A stretch of DNA of 64,000 nt. It comes from Treponema sp. GTDB lineage: Bacteria; Spirochaetota; Spirochaetia; Treponematales; Treponemataceae. The notes beneath the pieces were generated by a model. The model was not told where the DNA came from, searched no databases, and worked only from the letters and a program-made list of their open reading frames with translations. Shown here in pieces: positions 17,418 through 29,268 of this stretch (position 1 is its first letter; each line of letters opens with the position of its first letter). The DNA lies in contig JAEDJA010000008.1 of assembly GCA_016296575.1 (NCBI GenBank), forward strand, positions 3,921-67,920, read 5' to 3'. The translations under genes and the position numbers were made by a program.

Positions 17418-19079
17418 TTACTCTTTTTCCTTTTCTTTATCTTTTTCCTGATCAGGATATTCGATACGACTGTGATAATAACCTGCAAGAAGCTGTACAA
17501 AGGATTCCTTGATTTTTGTAATATCACGGAAAGTTAAATCACAGTTATCAAGCTGTTTATGATCAACCTTAGCATTAACCAATGTAGTAATAAACTTTTC
17601 AAGACGAGGAACTGATGGATTTTCCAGGGTTCGGCAGGCTGCTTCTACAGTATCAGCCAGCATAACTACGGCACTTTCTCTAGTTGTTGGAGGATTTCCC
17701 ATGTATGAAAAATCTTCAGGTTCAAGAGTGGGATCTTTTTCCTTTGCTTCATTATAAAAATAAGCAATTACACTATTACCATGATGTTCTGCAATAATAT
17801 CAATAATATTTGGAGGAAGATGAAGTTGATGTGCCTTTTCTACACCCTTTTTAACGTGACTTCGGATAATTGAAACTGAAAGACTAGGATTAATTTTGTC
17901 GTGGCTATTTTCGCCTTTCTGATTTTCAACAAAATATTCGCTCTGATCAATTTTTCCAATATCATGATAATAAGCACCCACCCTTGCAACAAGAGCATTT
18001 GCTCCAATTTCACGACATGCATTTTCTGCAAGCTGAGCCACCATCATGGAATGCTGGTATGTACCGCTAGCCTGAACAAGCATATTCTGCATAAAAGGAT
18101 TATTCAAATCGCTTAGTTCCATAAGTCGGAAAACTGAAGATGTATTAAGAAGAAGTTCAAAAGGTGTAAGCAGTCCAAGTGCAAGAATTCCAGAAAGGAA
18201 ACCTGTACCAGCTACAAATGCAAATTCTCTTCCCAATTCCAGTAAATCTGAATTAAAAATAGTTGCAATAATTCCAAGGAAAAGAACATTCAGAACAGCC
18301 ATTACAACTGCGGCAATAACCATATCAATACGACGCTGTATACTTCTTACAAGGATGCAGGATACAAGACATGTAAACATTGTATAGAAGAATGGAACCA
18401 GCTGCCAGGAAGAAGCATTCAAAACTCCAAAAGAAAGGAGAAATGAATAAAGAATTGCAGGAATATTTCCATAAAGTATAGAATAAAGCACAACAAAAAG
18501 CGTACTTGGAATTGCAATACAAAGAGAATAAGGTGTAGAAAAGAATGGTAGTTTTCCTGCAAAAGCTGCAACAAAATAAATCAAAAGGAAAAATATTACC
18601 TGAAACAAAACTTCCGAAATCTTAATTTTTCTGCCAAAAGGGATAAGCGAGAACAACAGATACCACATAACAGTAAGAATCAGCAAATAAATTTCATTGT
18701 TTGCAAAAGCACGGTAATCCATATAAACAGGAGAATTAGCAAGCTTATTCAATTTTTCAATTGATTCTTCTGTTACAGGAAAACCTTTTTTTACAATTTT
18801 TTCACCTTCAATTACAGAAACAGGATTAATTTCATCACCAGGAAGCGAGCGGTCTGCAATAATCGTTTTATCAGAAATCATTCCCAATTCAAAATCACTT
18901 ACAGTAAAAGCAGCAACTGTCTGTGCAGTAGAAATTTTGAAAAAACTTATGGCAGATACAAGAAGCAGCGTAAAGAAAGCTATCAAAATATAACCATATT
19001 TTTTTTTCAGGTAATCACCAAGATTCGAGAATGTTTCTGAAAAGATTGAAGAACTTTTATCATTACTCTTCTTTTTCAT
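17418..19079 (-). CDS. 7TM-HD phosphohydrolase (PgpH-like, possibly a c-di-AMP phosphodiesterase)
   Basis: Multi-TM region followed by GTYQHS, YYHDIGK, EHHG, VMLADTVEAA; lies downstream of phoH. Confidence 0.9.
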   Translation of the reverse strand: MKKKSNDKSSSIFSETFSNLGDYLKKKYGYILIAFFTLLLVSAISFFKISTAQTVAAFTVSDFELGMISDKTIIADRSLPGDEINPVSVIEGEKIVKKGFPVTEESIEKLNKLANSPVYMDYRAFANNEIYLLILTVMWYLLFSLIPFGRKIKISEVLFQVIFFLLIYFVAAFAGKLPFFSTPYSLCIAIPSTLFVVLYSILYGNIPAILYSFLLSFGVLNASSWQLVPFFYTMFTCLVSCILVRSIQRRIDMVIAAVVMAVLNVLFLGIIATIFNSDLLELGREFAFVAGTGFLSGILALGLLTPFELLLNTSSVFRLMELSDLNNPFMQNMLVQASGTYQHSMMVAQLAENACREIGANALVARVGAYYHDIGKIDQSEYFVENQKGENSHDKINPSLSVSIIRSHVKKGVEKAHQLHLPPNIIDIIAEHHGNSVIAYFYNEAKEKDPTLEPEDFSYMGNPPTTRESAVVMLADTVEAACRTLENPSVPRLEKFITTLVNAKVDHKQLDNCDLTFRDITKIKESFVQLLAGYYHSRIEYPDQEKDKEKEKE

Positions 19080-19998
19080 TTTCGTAGGCCCTAACTATTT
19101 TTTTTACAAGAGGATTTCTCACTACATCATCTGCAGTAAGTTCCATAAATCCAATATCTTCTATTGTATGCAATAAATGAATTGCGTCAATAAGTCCAGA
19201 AGGTATTTTTTTAGGAAGATCAATCTGAGTAGTATCACCAGTAATAAAAACTTTTGAGTTCTCGCCCATTCGTGTAAGAAACATTTTCATCTGGCTTGGT
19301 GTAGTATTTTGAGCTTCATCAAGGATTATTACTGCGTTATTCAAGGTTCGTCCTCGCATATAAGCAAGAGGAGCTGTTTCAATTATTCCAGCTTCTGTAA
19401 GCCGGCGTACAGTTTCACCTGGAATAATCATTTCCATAGCATCCTTTAATGGCTTAAGATATGGATTAATTTTCTGTTCAAGATCACCTGGCAAAAATCC
19501 AAGGTTCTCACCCGCTTCTACCACAGGCCTTGTAATAATCAGTTTTGATTTATTGTGTGTAAGAATAAGTCTAAGAGCTTCTGCCACGGCAAGAAAAGTT
19601 TTTCCACTTCCAGCCGCACCTGAACAGAAAACCATATCTTTATTCTGAAGAAGCCATATATATTCTGCCTGATTATCTGTTCTAGGATAAACTTTACGGA
19701 AAGCACCTGGAACCATTACAGAAGAAGATCGCCCTGTGGATTTCTGTGTATTAAGAACAGATACAACAATATCATCAGAATTCTTTTCACCTGCTGTAAT
19801 CTCATCAATAATCCGTTCAATTATGAACTGAAATTTTTGACGGATGGCGTAGTCTTCAGTTTCTATGGAAATTTCATTTCCTCTTGTAAAAACACTTACA
19901 CCAAGGGTATCTTCAATCAGTTTAAGGTTAGAATCATTCTGTCCGCAAACAAGAGAAAGAATGTCGTTATCAGGTACAACAATTGTGTAATCTTCCAT
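19063..19998 (-). CDS. phoH: PhoH-family ATPase
   Basis: GAAGSGKT, RPVVEAGE, LGFLPGD, YMRGRTL, DEAQN. Confidence 0.95.
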   Translation of the reverse strand: MEDYTIVVPDNDILSLVCGQNDSNLKLIEDTLGVSVFTRGNEISIETEDYAIRQKFQFIIERIIDEITAGEKNSDDIVVSVLNTQKSTGRSSSVMVPGAFRKVYPRTDNQAEYIWLLQNKDMVFCSGAAGSGKTFLAVAEALRLILTHNKSKLIITRPVVEAGENLGFLPGDLEQKINPYLKPLKDAMEMIIPGETVRRLTEAGIIETAPLAYMRGRTLNNAVIILDEAQNTTPSQMKMFLTRMGENSKVFITGDTTQIDLPKKIPSGLIDAIHLLHTIEDIGFMELTADDVVRNPLVKKIVRAYENEKEE

Positions 19999-22900
19999 TA
20001 ATTAAAGCTCCATTCGCCGTATTTATCGGTAATATTGGCTTTTATGCTGTCCATAGGGTTCCATACAATACCAAGCTGAATCAGCGGATTAAAATCATAG
20101 CGTTTTCGTCCTGTTACCGTGTCAGTTATTAAGCGAGGTTCCATTTTTAGTTTATACTGAAATTTCCAGTCATGCAAATGATGATTTATATCAACATCCA
20201 GGCTTTTAATTTTGAAGCCCGAAGCCTTCCTTTTTGTTTCATCATGGAAAGCAAATGAATTCATAAGATCCTTAAAGATATTTTCTTCACCTGGAACACG
20301 ACCTGGAGTGCCAAATGCTTTCTGAACATAACGATAAATCACGGAGTTTCGAGTTGTTGCAGAAAATGATACATCAAGAAGCTCGTTCAAGCGGAAAGTC
20401 AAAGATGGTGAAAAAGTAAAATAAGAGTTTGTTGGTTTTAAAAGATCAGCAACAAGACTAGTATTCATGGAAGGTGCTACTGAAATTCTGTTTTTCCACG
20501 AATAGAAGGTTTTCTTTTCCGGACTCCAGTAAACAGACAGTGAAGTTGGAATAAATTCTTCTTCTTTTTTTATCTGCCATTTCCTAGAATTTCCTTCTTC
20601 TATAAAATCATAGCCTTTAGTCCAGGCCATGGTATAAGCCAATGAAAATGAAAGATAAGAAAGATTAAGTTTTAAATTCTGTGCATTGTGGTTTTCAAGA
20701 TCATAAGAAAAACTTTGGGTAAGTTTAATACTGCTAGAAAATAACGGAACAGAAACTGAAAGATTTTCGGTAAATGGATCTTTTATAAAAGTATCATCAT
20801 CTTTGCTTTTCTGCTGAATTCCCGTAGAAAAAGATGCCGTTACATAAGGGAAAATAAGATTCAAAATAGCTGTATAACTGTCAAGCTGAGGTGGCAGGTT
20901 TGCAGAAAGTGTTAAAGTCTGTTTGAACTTTTTCTGCATTTCAGAAGTAGCAAAAATTAGGGAAAGTTTGTGGGATGTAAGAGATTCAGGATCAGTTAAA
21001 TCCGGAGTATTATATTCATAAATTGGTTTTGATAATCCGTCCCAATTTTTTTCATCTTCAATTTTTCTTTCAAGAATTTTAATGCTTGTATCCCACACAA
21101 TGGCAGTTTCTTCAAACATTTCAAATCCTGTAAGAGGTTTCAATGAAACAGAGTTTGTATTTGTAATTTTTTGTTTTTCAGAAAGATAATCTGACCTTAC
21201 AAGTTTAATTTTATCAGCAAGGCTATATCCGGCTTTTGTTTCATCAACAGCAATATATGGATGCTTTTGCCACAAGGACTCATAATTAAAACGGTTATTG
21301 ATAGTAAGGAAATTCTGGAAAAAATTTGCACTTGAAGTAATGGATGCCGGCATTCGATAGGTTTGAAGAACAGATTTATAATTTCCCCACTGAAAATCTT
21401 CTGGAACTAAAATCATATTTCCGTCATAGGTAAGCTGAGTTACAGAATCTCCGCTTAAAGAATATCCAAGGCTATATTTGAATGGCTCAACTTTGCCATT
21501 TGTATTTTTCGATTGAAGACTATAAGAGAGCTCCTTTACATTTAACGGAACCTCATAAGAAACTGCTGGTTCATCATCAGTTTTAGAAATAGATGTTTCT
21601 GAAGCTTGAGTATCTGAAATAACAGGATTTTGATCATCTAATGATTTTTCAGTTTCATCATTGGTCAAATTCTTTTCCGTATATGTTATAGGAACAGGAT
21701 AATTAATTTTTTTTGATTCAGTGTTTTTTACATTAAAAGGATATTGGAACAAATTTCCACCAATTGAAAACGTAAAATTAAATGGATTTGCATGAGAAGG
21801 ATAATAAAAACTACGTCTACTGGAATATTCAGAAAGATTATCATTAAACTGATCAAAATCCTTCATCCATTCATTGCTGGTTTTCTTTGAAGAAATATTT
21901 ACATTTGAAGAAGAAGTAAAAGAAAGTGAATTAATGTAAGGCTTTATGAAATTTGGAACTGGAACAGAATAACTTGTAGAAAGTGACCAGGTATAAGAAG
22001 AAACTTCAGCACCCTCTTTTCCCTCTTTTTCTTCTTTCATGTTGGTCAATTCCCGGATTGTGGTAATCCAGTTTAAATCTTCACTACGGTTATTGAAGTC
22101 TTTGGTAAAATATGGATCCGAATAGAAAGGTAATTTTAAATTTACAGATAATGGTTTTGTTATGCCCATTTCAAGGTTACCCTTAAAACGGAAAGGAAGT
22201 TCAACACCAAGAAAATTAGAAGTCTGATAATATGTATGTCCAGAATTTGAAATATTTGAATAATACTGTTCTTTTGGAAAAATTGTATAAGAAAATCCAA
22301 GATCCAGAGCGAATTGAAGCTTTGAGAAAATTGTATTTTTGGGTGAAAAGCTTCCCTCCAGGCCGGCAAGTCCACCAGTATTGGAGTACCAGTCACCAAG
22401 CACTTTCAGATAATCTGAAGAATCACCTTTGTAATCTTCATCAGTATTATGAAGTACAAGCCCTTCCAGAACCTGCTCCTTCATGGCAGTTGGTTTCATA
22501 AAATTATAAAGAGAATCAATGGCCTTGTCGGATTCAGTTTCTCCAGCAGTTGCGTTGGATTTTTCAGTTTTTTTCCTTCCAACAATATAAGTAGTGGTCT
22601 GAATAAAAAATCCCTGCTTTGTTCTAAAACCAAGAACAGGATTGAAGACCAGTTCATCTTTTGGAAGATAAAATGCAGGAAAATACATGACAGGAACAGG
22701 ACCAACAAAAAGAAGAGCATTTAAGAAGGCAAATTCACCACCAGGCAAAAGCCAAAGTCGGGAAGAATCAATATGCCAGTGAGGATCTTCGTCATCACAA
22801 AATGTAAGCTGGGAGTTTTTAAATGCAAAGGTATTGTTTTCACTTTTTCCAAACAGTGATGAAAATACTACCAGGGTCGAACCACTTGGAAGATTAATAG

Positions 22901-23279
22901 CATCACTTTCCGTCTGCACTACTTTTCCATCATCAAAAACGCCTTCCAGGGTGGAAGTATTCAAAATAAGACTCTGAGCAAAAACCTGATTCTGGGAAGA
23001 GCCGTTATCCGTAGTAAGTTCAACATTTTCATCAGCATAAAGGATTCTTGTAACACGATCGTAGGAAATAAACCCGGCTTTTACATTTGTCTTGGTTGTA
23101 CCCTTTTCTACTGAAAGTTCAACATCACCTTCCAGACGAATTGTTTCATTCTTTGAATCTTCTGATTTTACATATGATGTAGTTCGGGCATTCAATATTG
23201 TAATTACAGTTACTTCCTGAGCAAAAGCAGACCATGGGAGAAAAAATAGAAAAATGACTGAAATTATACGCCCTTTCAT
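19998..23279 (-). CDS. LptD-like outer-membrane lipid/glycolipid assembly protein
   Basis: Signal peptide; jellyroll-type N-domain with LTFCDDEDPHWHIDSSR and PVMYFP; beta-rich C-terminus including HHLHDW. Confidence 0.75.
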   Translation of the reverse strand: MKGRIISVIFLFFLPWSAFAQEVTVITILNARTTSYVKSEDSKNETIRLEGDVELSVEKGTTKTNVKAGFISYDRVTRILYADENVELTTDNGSSQNQVFAQSLILNTSTLEGVFDDGKVVQTESDAINLPSGSTLVVFSSLFGKSENNTFAFKNSQLTFCDDEDPHWHIDSSRLWLLPGGEFAFLNALLFVGPVPVMYFPAFYLPKDELVFNPVLGFRTKQGFFIQTTTYIVGRKKTEKSNATAGETESDKAIDSLYNFMKPTAMKEQVLEGLVLHNTDEDYKGDSSDYLKVLGDWYSNTGGLAGLEGSFSPKNTIFSKLQFALDLGFSYTIFPKEQYYSNISNSGHTYYQTSNFLGVELPFRFKGNLEMGITKPLSVNLKLPFYSDPYFTKDFNNRSEDLNWITTIRELTNMKEEKEGKEGAEVSSYTWSLSTSYSVPVPNFIKPYINSLSFTSSSNVNISSKKTSNEWMKDFDQFNDNLSEYSSRRSFYYPSHANPFNFTFSIGGNLFQYPFNVKNTESKKINYPVPITYTEKNLTNDETEKSLDDQNPVISDTQASETSISKTDDEPAVSYEVPLNVKELSYSLQSKNTNGKVEPFKYSLGYSLSGDSVTQLTYDGNMILVPEDFQWGNYKSVLQTYRMPASITSSANFFQNFLTINNRFNYESLWQKHPYIAVDETKAGYSLADKIKLVRSDYLSEKQKITNTNSVSLKPLTGFEMFEETAIVWDTSIKILERKIEDEKNWDGLSKPIYEYNTPDLTDPESLTSHKLSLIFATSEMQKKFKQTLTLSANLPPQLDSYTAILNLIFPYVTASFSTGIQQKSKDDDTFIKDPFTENLSVSVPLFSSSIKLTQSFSYDLENHNAQNLKLNLSYLSFSLAYTMAWTKGYDFIEEGNSRKWQIKKEEEFIPTSLSVYWSPEKKTFYSWKNRISVAPSMNTSLVADLLKPTNSYFTFSPSLTFRLNELLDVSFSATTRNSVIYRYVQKAFGTPGRVPGEENIFKDLMNSFAFHDETKRKASGFKIKSLDVDINHHLHDWKFQYKLKMEPRLITDTVTGRKRYDFNPLIQLGIVWNPMDSIKANITDKYGEWSFN

Positions 23280-26113
23280 CAGTGCTTATGGGAAAGTGTC
23301 TCCTTAATAAACTGACCCGTAAATGATTTTTCATTTTTGGCAACTTCTTCTGGGGTACCACAGGCCATAATTGTACCGCCACGGAATCCACCTTCAGGTC
23401 CCAGATCAACAATCCAGTCTGCCTGGGCAATAACATCAAGGTTATGTTCAATCATAAGAACTGAATTTCCCTGATCAACAAGTCTCTGGATAACACCCAT
23501 AAGCTGTTTTACATCGGCAAAATGAAGTCCAGTTGTAGGTTCGTCCATAATGTAAAGTGTCTTACCAGTAGAAGTTCTGGCCAGTTCGTTGGCAAGCTTT
23601 ACACGCTGGGCTTCACCACCACTTAAAGTAAGGGCAGACTGTCCAAGAGTAATGTATCCAAGTCCTACTGAATTCAGAGTTTCAAGCTTTCTTGAAATAT
23701 GAGGAATTCCTGCAAAAAAAGTACAGGCTTCTTCAATGGTCATATTCAGAACATCATTAATATTTTTACCTTTATAAGTTACCTCAAGAGTTTCCCGATT
23801 AAATCGTTTTCCCTGACACACATCACATTGAATATAAACGTCAGGAAGGAAGTTCATTTCAATTACAATTTCACCGGCCCCACCACAGTTTTCACAACGA
23901 CCGCCTTTTACATTAAAACTGAAGCGTCCTTTCTGGTAACCTCGAGCCTTACTTTCAGGAAGTGATGCAAAAAGATCTCGAATAGCATCAAAAACACCAA
24001 TATAAGTAGCAGGATTGGATCTTGGTGTTCTTCCTATTGGGCTTTGGTCGATATTTATAACCTTGTCAATGTGTTCAAAGCCTTTTACTTCTTTACATGC
24101 ACCAACAGGATAATTAGTTCGCATAACTTTATTGGAAAGTGCCGGATAAAGAATATCTCTCATCATGGTAGATTTACCGCTTCCACTAACTCCAGTTATG
24201 CAGGTAAAGGCTCCAAGAGGAAATTGAACATCAATATTTTTTAGATTGTGCTCTGTGGCTCCATAAACTTCTATGAACTTACCATTTCCTTTTCTTCGTT
24301 TTTCAGGAATCTCCATATAAAGCTTTCCTGAAAGATAACGACCCGTTACACTTTCTTCAACTTTTGAAACCTCTTCAGGAGTTCCGCATGCAACTATCTG
24401 ACCACCATGTACACCTGCAGCAGGACCAATATCAATAAGATAATCGGCGGTACGTAAGGTCTGTTCATCATGTTCAACAACAATTACGGTGTTTCCGTTA
24501 TTTCTAAGATTTACAAGTGTATCAATAAGCCGCTGGTTATCCCTCTGATGAAGTCCAATACTTGGTTCGTCAAGAATATACATTACGCCGCACAGTGCAG
24601 ATCCAATTTGAGTAGCAAGACGAATTCTCTGGGCTTCACCACCAGAAAGTGTTTCTGCCGCTCTTTCCATTGTAAGATAATCAAGTCCAACATTCTGCAA
24701 AAAACTAAGACGGGATCGGATTTCTTTCAAAATCTGTGAGGCAATCTTTGTTTCGCTTTCAGACAGCTCCAGTTTATCAAAAAATTCAACTGACTGGGAA
24801 ACCGAAAGACTTGTTATCTCGAAAATATTTTTTCCACCAACAGTAACACCTAAGGCTTCTGGTCTAAGACGTTTACCACCACAGCAGGAACATTGGTGAT
24901 GAGCCATGAATTTTTCCAGATTGTTTTTCATGGCGTCACCCCAGGCTTCTATGTAGCGTCGGTTCAAGTCATTTAAAATTCCTGGCCATGGCTGATTGTA
25001 TTCACTCATTCCAGTGCCACTCTGCTTATAATAAATCCAGTGAAGATTTTTATCAGAACCGTTTATAAGAACATCATACTGCTCAGCAGTGAGATCACAG
25101 ATTGGAGTTTCAAGAGAAAAGCCATATTCTTTTGCAACAGCTTCTATACGACATTTATTCCATTCAGAAGTTGGATTATAAGGCACAAGTCCGTGTTCCA
25201 TAAAGCTTTTTGAAGTATCAGGAATAATAAGACTTAAATCAAACTGCATTTTTTCCCCAAGACCTGTACATTCAGGACAGGCGCCAAAAGGGTTATTGAA
25301 TGAAAAAAGTCTTGGCTGAAGTTCAGGAATGGAAATTCCACAGTCGGGACAAGCGTTTTTCTGGCTAAAAAAAACTTCTTCTTCTTTATCACCGTTCCGC
25401 TTAGTAACAATTACAATGCCGTTTGAAACTTTTAATGCTGTTTCAATACTTTCCGAAAGTCGGCTCTGGATTTCTGAGCTTTTTACAATTCGGTCTACAA
25501 TAATTTCGATGGTATGTTTTTTCTGTTTATCCAGTTTTACAAAATCATCAAGATCAGCCATAACACCGTCAATTCTGGCTCTAACAAAACCTGATTTTTT
25601 TGCGTCATCTATTATTTTCTGATGTTCACCTTTTTTTCCGCGGATAACTGGAGCCAGAATCTGCATTTTAGTTCCATCTTCCCATTCCATTACAGAATCT
25701 ACAATCTGGTCAATGGACTGCTCCCTAATTTCACGGCCACACTGAGGACAATGAGCATGTCCAATTCTAGCAAAAAGAAGGCGGTAATAATCATAAATTT
25801 CAGTAATTGTACCTACAGTTGAACGTGGATTTTTATTTGTTGATTTCTGTTCAATGGAAATGGCAGGAGAAAGACCTTCTATAAGATCAACATCCGGTTT
25901 ATCCATATTACCTAAAAACTGTCGTGCATAAGAAGAAAGACTTTCCATATAACGACGTTGACCTTCTGCAAAAAGTGTATCAAAAGCAAGAGAACTTTTA
26001 CCAGAACCAGATAAACCTGAAATAACAACCAGTTTGTTACGTGGAATATCTACATCAATGTTTTTAAGGTTATGTTCACGGGCACCGCGAATAATAATTT
26101 TATCGTCATTCAT
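23279..26113 (-). CDS. uvrA: Excinuclease ABC subunit A
   Basis: [24 protein letters not shown] twice, zinc fingers. Confidence 0.99.
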   Translation of the reverse strand: MNDDKIIIRGAREHNLKNIDVDIPRNKLVVISGLSGSGKSSLAFDTLFAEGQRRYMESLSSYARQFLGNMDKPDVDLIEGLSPAISIEQKSTNKNPRSTVGTITEIYDYYRLLFARIGHAHCPQCGREIREQSIDQIVDSVMEWEDGTKMQILAPVIRGKKGEHQKIIDDAKKSGFVRARIDGVMADLDDFVKLDKQKKHTIEIIVDRIVKSSEIQSRLSESIETALKVSNGIVIVTKRNGDKEEEVFFSQKNACPDCGISIPELQPRLFSFNNPFGACPECTGLGEKMQFDLSLIIPDTSKSFMEHGLVPYNPTSEWNKCRIEAVAKEYGFSLETPICDLTAEQYDVLINGSDKNLHWIYYKQSGTGMSEYNQPWPGILNDLNRRYIEAWGDAMKNNLEKFMAHHQCSCCGGKRLRPEALGVTVGGKNIFEITSLSVSQSVEFFDKLELSESETKIASQILKEIRSRLSFLQNVGLDYLTMERAAETLSGGEAQRIRLATQIGSALCGVMYILDEPSIGLHQRDNQRLIDTLVNLRNNGNTVIVVEHDEQTLRTADYLIDIGPAAGVHGGQIVACGTPEEVSKVEESVTGRYLSGKLYMEIPEKRRKGNGKFIEVYGATEHNLKNIDVQFPLGAFTCITGVSGSGKSTMMRDILYPALSNKVMRTNYPVGACKEVKGFEHIDKVINIDQSPIGRTPRSNPATYIGVFDAIRDLFASLPESKARGYQKGRFSFNVKGGRCENCGGAGEIVIEMNFLPDVYIQCDVCQGKRFNRETLEVTYKGKNINDVLNMTIEEACTFFAGIPHISRKLETLNSVGLGYITLGQSALTLSGGEAQRVKLANELARTSTGKTLYIMDEPTTGLHFADVKQLMGVIQRLVDQGNSVLMIEHNLDVIAQADWIVDLGPEGGFRGGTIMACGTPEEVAKNEKSFTGQFIKETLSHKH

Positions 26114-26128
26114 ATATTTATCCTGATT

Positions 26129-28741
26129 TTATTGTCCGGAAAGTTGTTTTTTCCATCTGGAAACCAGCTGCAAAGCTTGAAATGGTGTAATATTGTCTAC
26201 ATCTGCAGACAGTATTTCATCAAGAATGATTTCTTCATCAGAAAAAAGCCCTGGAGCTGTAATTATTGGTTCCTTTACTGGTTCAAATTTTTCAACAGCT
26301 TTTTCTTCTGATACTTTAGGTAGTTCAAGAGCTTTGCTGCTTCCTCTAATTACTGCTAAAATTTCTTCTGCACGCTGAGTAACAGTCTGAGGAACACCAG
26401 CCAGCTTCGCAACATGAATACCATAACTGTTCTGTGCTGCACCTTCACGAACCTTTCGAAGAAAAACTACAGTTCCCTGTTCTTCAGAAACATCCATAAA
26501 AAGCATGCGGATATTTTTATGTTCAAGCCTTGTAAGCTCATGATAATGTGTGGCAAAGAAAGTTCTGCAGCAAATATTATTTAAAAGATGTTCACTTACA
26601 GCCTGGGCAATGGAAAGACCGTCTTCTGTGGAAGTACCACGCCCTACTTCATCCATGATTACAAGAGATTTTTCTGTGGCCTGTCTAAGAATGTTTGCAG
26701 TTTCTGTCATCTCAACAAGGAAGGTTGATTCACCACGAGCAAGATTATCACTTGCCCCTACACGGCAGAAAATTTTATCAACAATACCAAGGCGGCAATA
26801 AGATGCAGGTACAAAAGAACCTATCTGAGCTAATAGAACGATAAGAGCATTCTGTCTAAGATAAGTGCTCTTTCCGGCCATATTTGGACCAGTTATAAGA
26901 TCAAAGCATGGAAGTTCATCTTCATCAGAGGAAAGCATGGTATCATTTGGAATAAATTCTCCGCTTGGAAGATGAAGTTCAACAACAGGATGACGTCCAT
27001 CCTGCACTTCAAAAGCTTTCGAATCATCAACAATAGGTTTTACCCAATTGTAAGCACTTGCTGAATAGGCAAAAGAAGCTGAAACATCAACAAAAGCCAG
27101 TTCCTGAGAAACCTTAAGAAGATAAGGCACGCTTTTCATAAGTGAATTACGAATCTGTAAAAAAAGATCCCGTTCCAATTCAAAAATACGTGTTGTTGAT
27201 TCTACCAGTTTATGTTCAAGCTCCTGCAGTTTTTCCGTAGTATATCGTTCACCATTTACAAGAGTTTTTCTCTGAATAAAATGAACAGGAACTGAGCCAA
27301 GCTTTCCTTTGGAAACTTCAATAAAATAACCTGCGGCATTAGTATATTTAATTTTCAAAGTAGAAATGCCGGTTTTTTCCCGTTCTTCTTCCTCATAAGA
27401 AGCAAGAACATTATTAAAATTATTATGGATATTTCTCCAGCTGTCCAATTCTTCATTAAAGCCAGGCTTAATAATTCCGCCTTCAGTAAGAGAAGTTGCA
27501 GGATCTGGAAGAATGCTTTCACCAATAAGTTTAATTATGGAAAGACTTTCCTCCTGTGGAAGAAAATGAAACCCAAAATCCTTAAGATAATCCTGAACTT
27601 TATTCCAGTTTTCAAGACTAACTCTAAGTGCCTGAAGATCCTTTGCATGGGCCTTTTCCATGGCAATTCGACCTGTAAGTCTTTCAACATCAAGAACTGG
27701 AGAAAGATCCTGTCTAACTCTATCCATTAAGTCCGGATTTTCAAAAAAGGTCTCTACGTTTTTCTGTCTGGCCTTTATTTCTTCTGTTTTGGTTAATGGA
27801 AAACAAAGAAACTGTCTTAAAAGTCTTGACCCCATGGCAGTTTTAGTATGAAGAAGACACTCCATAAGGGAAAATTTAACTGAACCATCACGCATATTTT
27901 CAGTTATTTCAAGATTTCGTCGGGAAGAATCGTCAATTACAAGATACTGACTTTCCTTGTACACTTCCACTGATTTTACATGGGGTACAACAGTATTGGT
28001 AGTTTTATCAAGATAATCCAAAAGGAAGCCAGCGGATACAACCTCAGCATCATTTTCGTCCAATGAAAAAGCTTTTAATGAAGTAACTCCAAACTGAGAA
28101 CACATTTTTTTATATGAAAACTCAGGATTAAAATCCCAGTCAGGATAATATGAAACAGCAATATTTGGTAAAAGTGCCAAAGCAGTCTGAATATCCCTAT
28201 TTGATTTAAGGCTCTGAGGAAGAATGAATTCTCTTGGATTTGCCCTTGCTATTTCCTTAGAAAAATTCTCCGCCATTTGCGAAGCTTTCCAGCTGGTTGC
28301 AAAAAATCGTGATGTAGAAACATCAATAAAAGCAAAACCGGCATTTCCTTTGTAAATACTTAATGCAGCAAGATTATTTTCTCGATAACCATCAAGATAT
28401 TCTGATTCTACTGCCGTACCTGGAGTAATGACTTCAACAACTTTTCGTTCTGTAAGACCTTTTGCTTTTGGATCCCCAATCTGCTCACAGATAACAATTT
28501 TTTTTCCAAGTCTAAGAAGTCTTGCTATATAAATTTTAGCCGCATGATATGGAATTCCACACATGGGGCTTTCTGCTCTATGAGTAAGTGTTAAATTGAG
28601 AAGACGCGATACTTCTACCGCATCTTCATTGAACATTTCGTAAAAATCTCCAAGACGAAAGAATACAACTTCATTAGGGTAATTAGCCTTAATGCTGTCA
28701 TATTGTACCATCATTGGAGATCTGGTATCTTTGTCTGCCAT
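26129..28741 (-). CDS. mutS: DNA mismatch repair protein MutS
   Basis: FRLGDFYEMF, TGPNMAGKST, STFLVEM, DEVGRGTS. Confidence 0.99.
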   Translation of the reverse strand: MADKDTRSPMMVQYDSIKANYPNEVVFFRLGDFYEMFNEDAVEVSRLLNLTLTHRAESPMCGIPYHAAKIYIARLLRLGKKIVICEQIGDPKAKGLTERKVVEVITPGTAVESEYLDGYRENNLAALSIYKGNAGFAFIDVSTSRFFATSWKASQMAENFSKEIARANPREFILPQSLKSNRDIQTALALLPNIAVSYYPDWDFNPEFSYKKMCSQFGVTSLKAFSLDENDAEVVSAGFLLDYLDKTTNTVVPHVKSVEVYKESQYLVIDDSSRRNLEITENMRDGSVKFSLMECLLHTKTAMGSRLLRQFLCFPLTKTEEIKARQKNVETFFENPDLMDRVRQDLSPVLDVERLTGRIAMEKAHAKDLQALRVSLENWNKVQDYLKDFGFHFLPQEESLSIIKLIGESILPDPATSLTEGGIIKPGFNEELDSWRNIHNNFNNVLASYEEEEREKTGISTLKIKYTNAAGYFIEVSKGKLGSVPVHFIQRKTLVNGERYTTEKLQELEHKLVESTTRIFELERDLFLQIRNSLMKSVPYLLKVSQELAFVDVSASFAYSASAYNWVKPIVDDSKAFEVQDGRHPVVELHLPSGEFIPNDTMLSSDEDELPCFDLITGPNMAGKSTYLRQNALIVLLAQIGSFVPASYCRLGIVDKIFCRVGASDNLARGESTFLVEMTETANILRQATEKSLVIMDEVGRGTSTEDGLSIAQAVSEHLLNNICCRTFFATHYHELTRLEHKNIRMLFMDVSEEQGTVVFLRKVREGAAQNSYGIHVAKLAGVPQTVTQRAEEILAVIRGSSKALELPKVSEEKAVEKFEPVKEPIITAPGLFSDEEIILDEILSADVDNITPFQALQLVSRWKKQLSGQ

Positions 28742-29257
28742 TTACAATCCCAAATCTGAAATAACCTGTTCTGTAATATCAACAGAGTTGGAATACCATA
28801 AAATTGAATTGGAGTCCTGAAGGCTTAAAATCATACTGTAGCCCCCTGATTCTGCAATTCTTGAAAGAACCTGGTATAGTTTTTTATAGAACGCATCAGA
28901 GCTTTCCAAAGATTTTCGCATGGATTCCAGTTCAACGTTTTTGGCGTTGGTATATTCGGTGAGATAGTCTTTTTTCTTGGTGATTTCAGCTTCAACCTTA
29001 AGTGCTCCAGAATCGTTTCCAGCATCTTCATATTCAAGTTTTTTCTGCTGAAGACTCTGAAGCTCTTCTGTGCGTTTTTGAATTTCTTCTTCAAATTCCC
29101 GACGCTTTTTTTCATAGTTGCGAACAGGAGCTGAAGTTCTGAAATAAGCATTATAAACCTTTGCTGTATCAACTACGCCAAATTTTGTAATCTGCTGAGA
29201 AAAAGCTGGTACAAAAAAAGTAAAAAGAAGTGCTGCTGCAATAAAAAATTTTTTCAT
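28742..29257 (-). CDS. skp: OmpH/Skp periplasmic chaperone
   Basis: Signal peptide, KFGVVD, coiled coil, VDITEQVI; downstream of bamA. Confidence 0.9.
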   Translation of the reverse strand: MKKFFIAAALLFTFFVPAFSQQITKFGVVDTAKVYNAYFRTSAPVRNYEKKRREFEEEIQKRTEELQSLQQKKLEYEDAGNDSGALKVEAEITKKKDYLTEYTNAKNVELESMRKSLESSDAFYKKLYQVLSRIAESGGYSMILSLQDSNSILWYSNSVDITEQVISDLGL

Positions 29258-29268
29258 TTATATCCGTC

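Noticed and set aside
17417..17527. Longer N-terminus of the TPR protein given in the ORF track
   Set aside because: It overlaps the HD gene. The ATG at 17416 gives a proper lipoprotein signal peptide.
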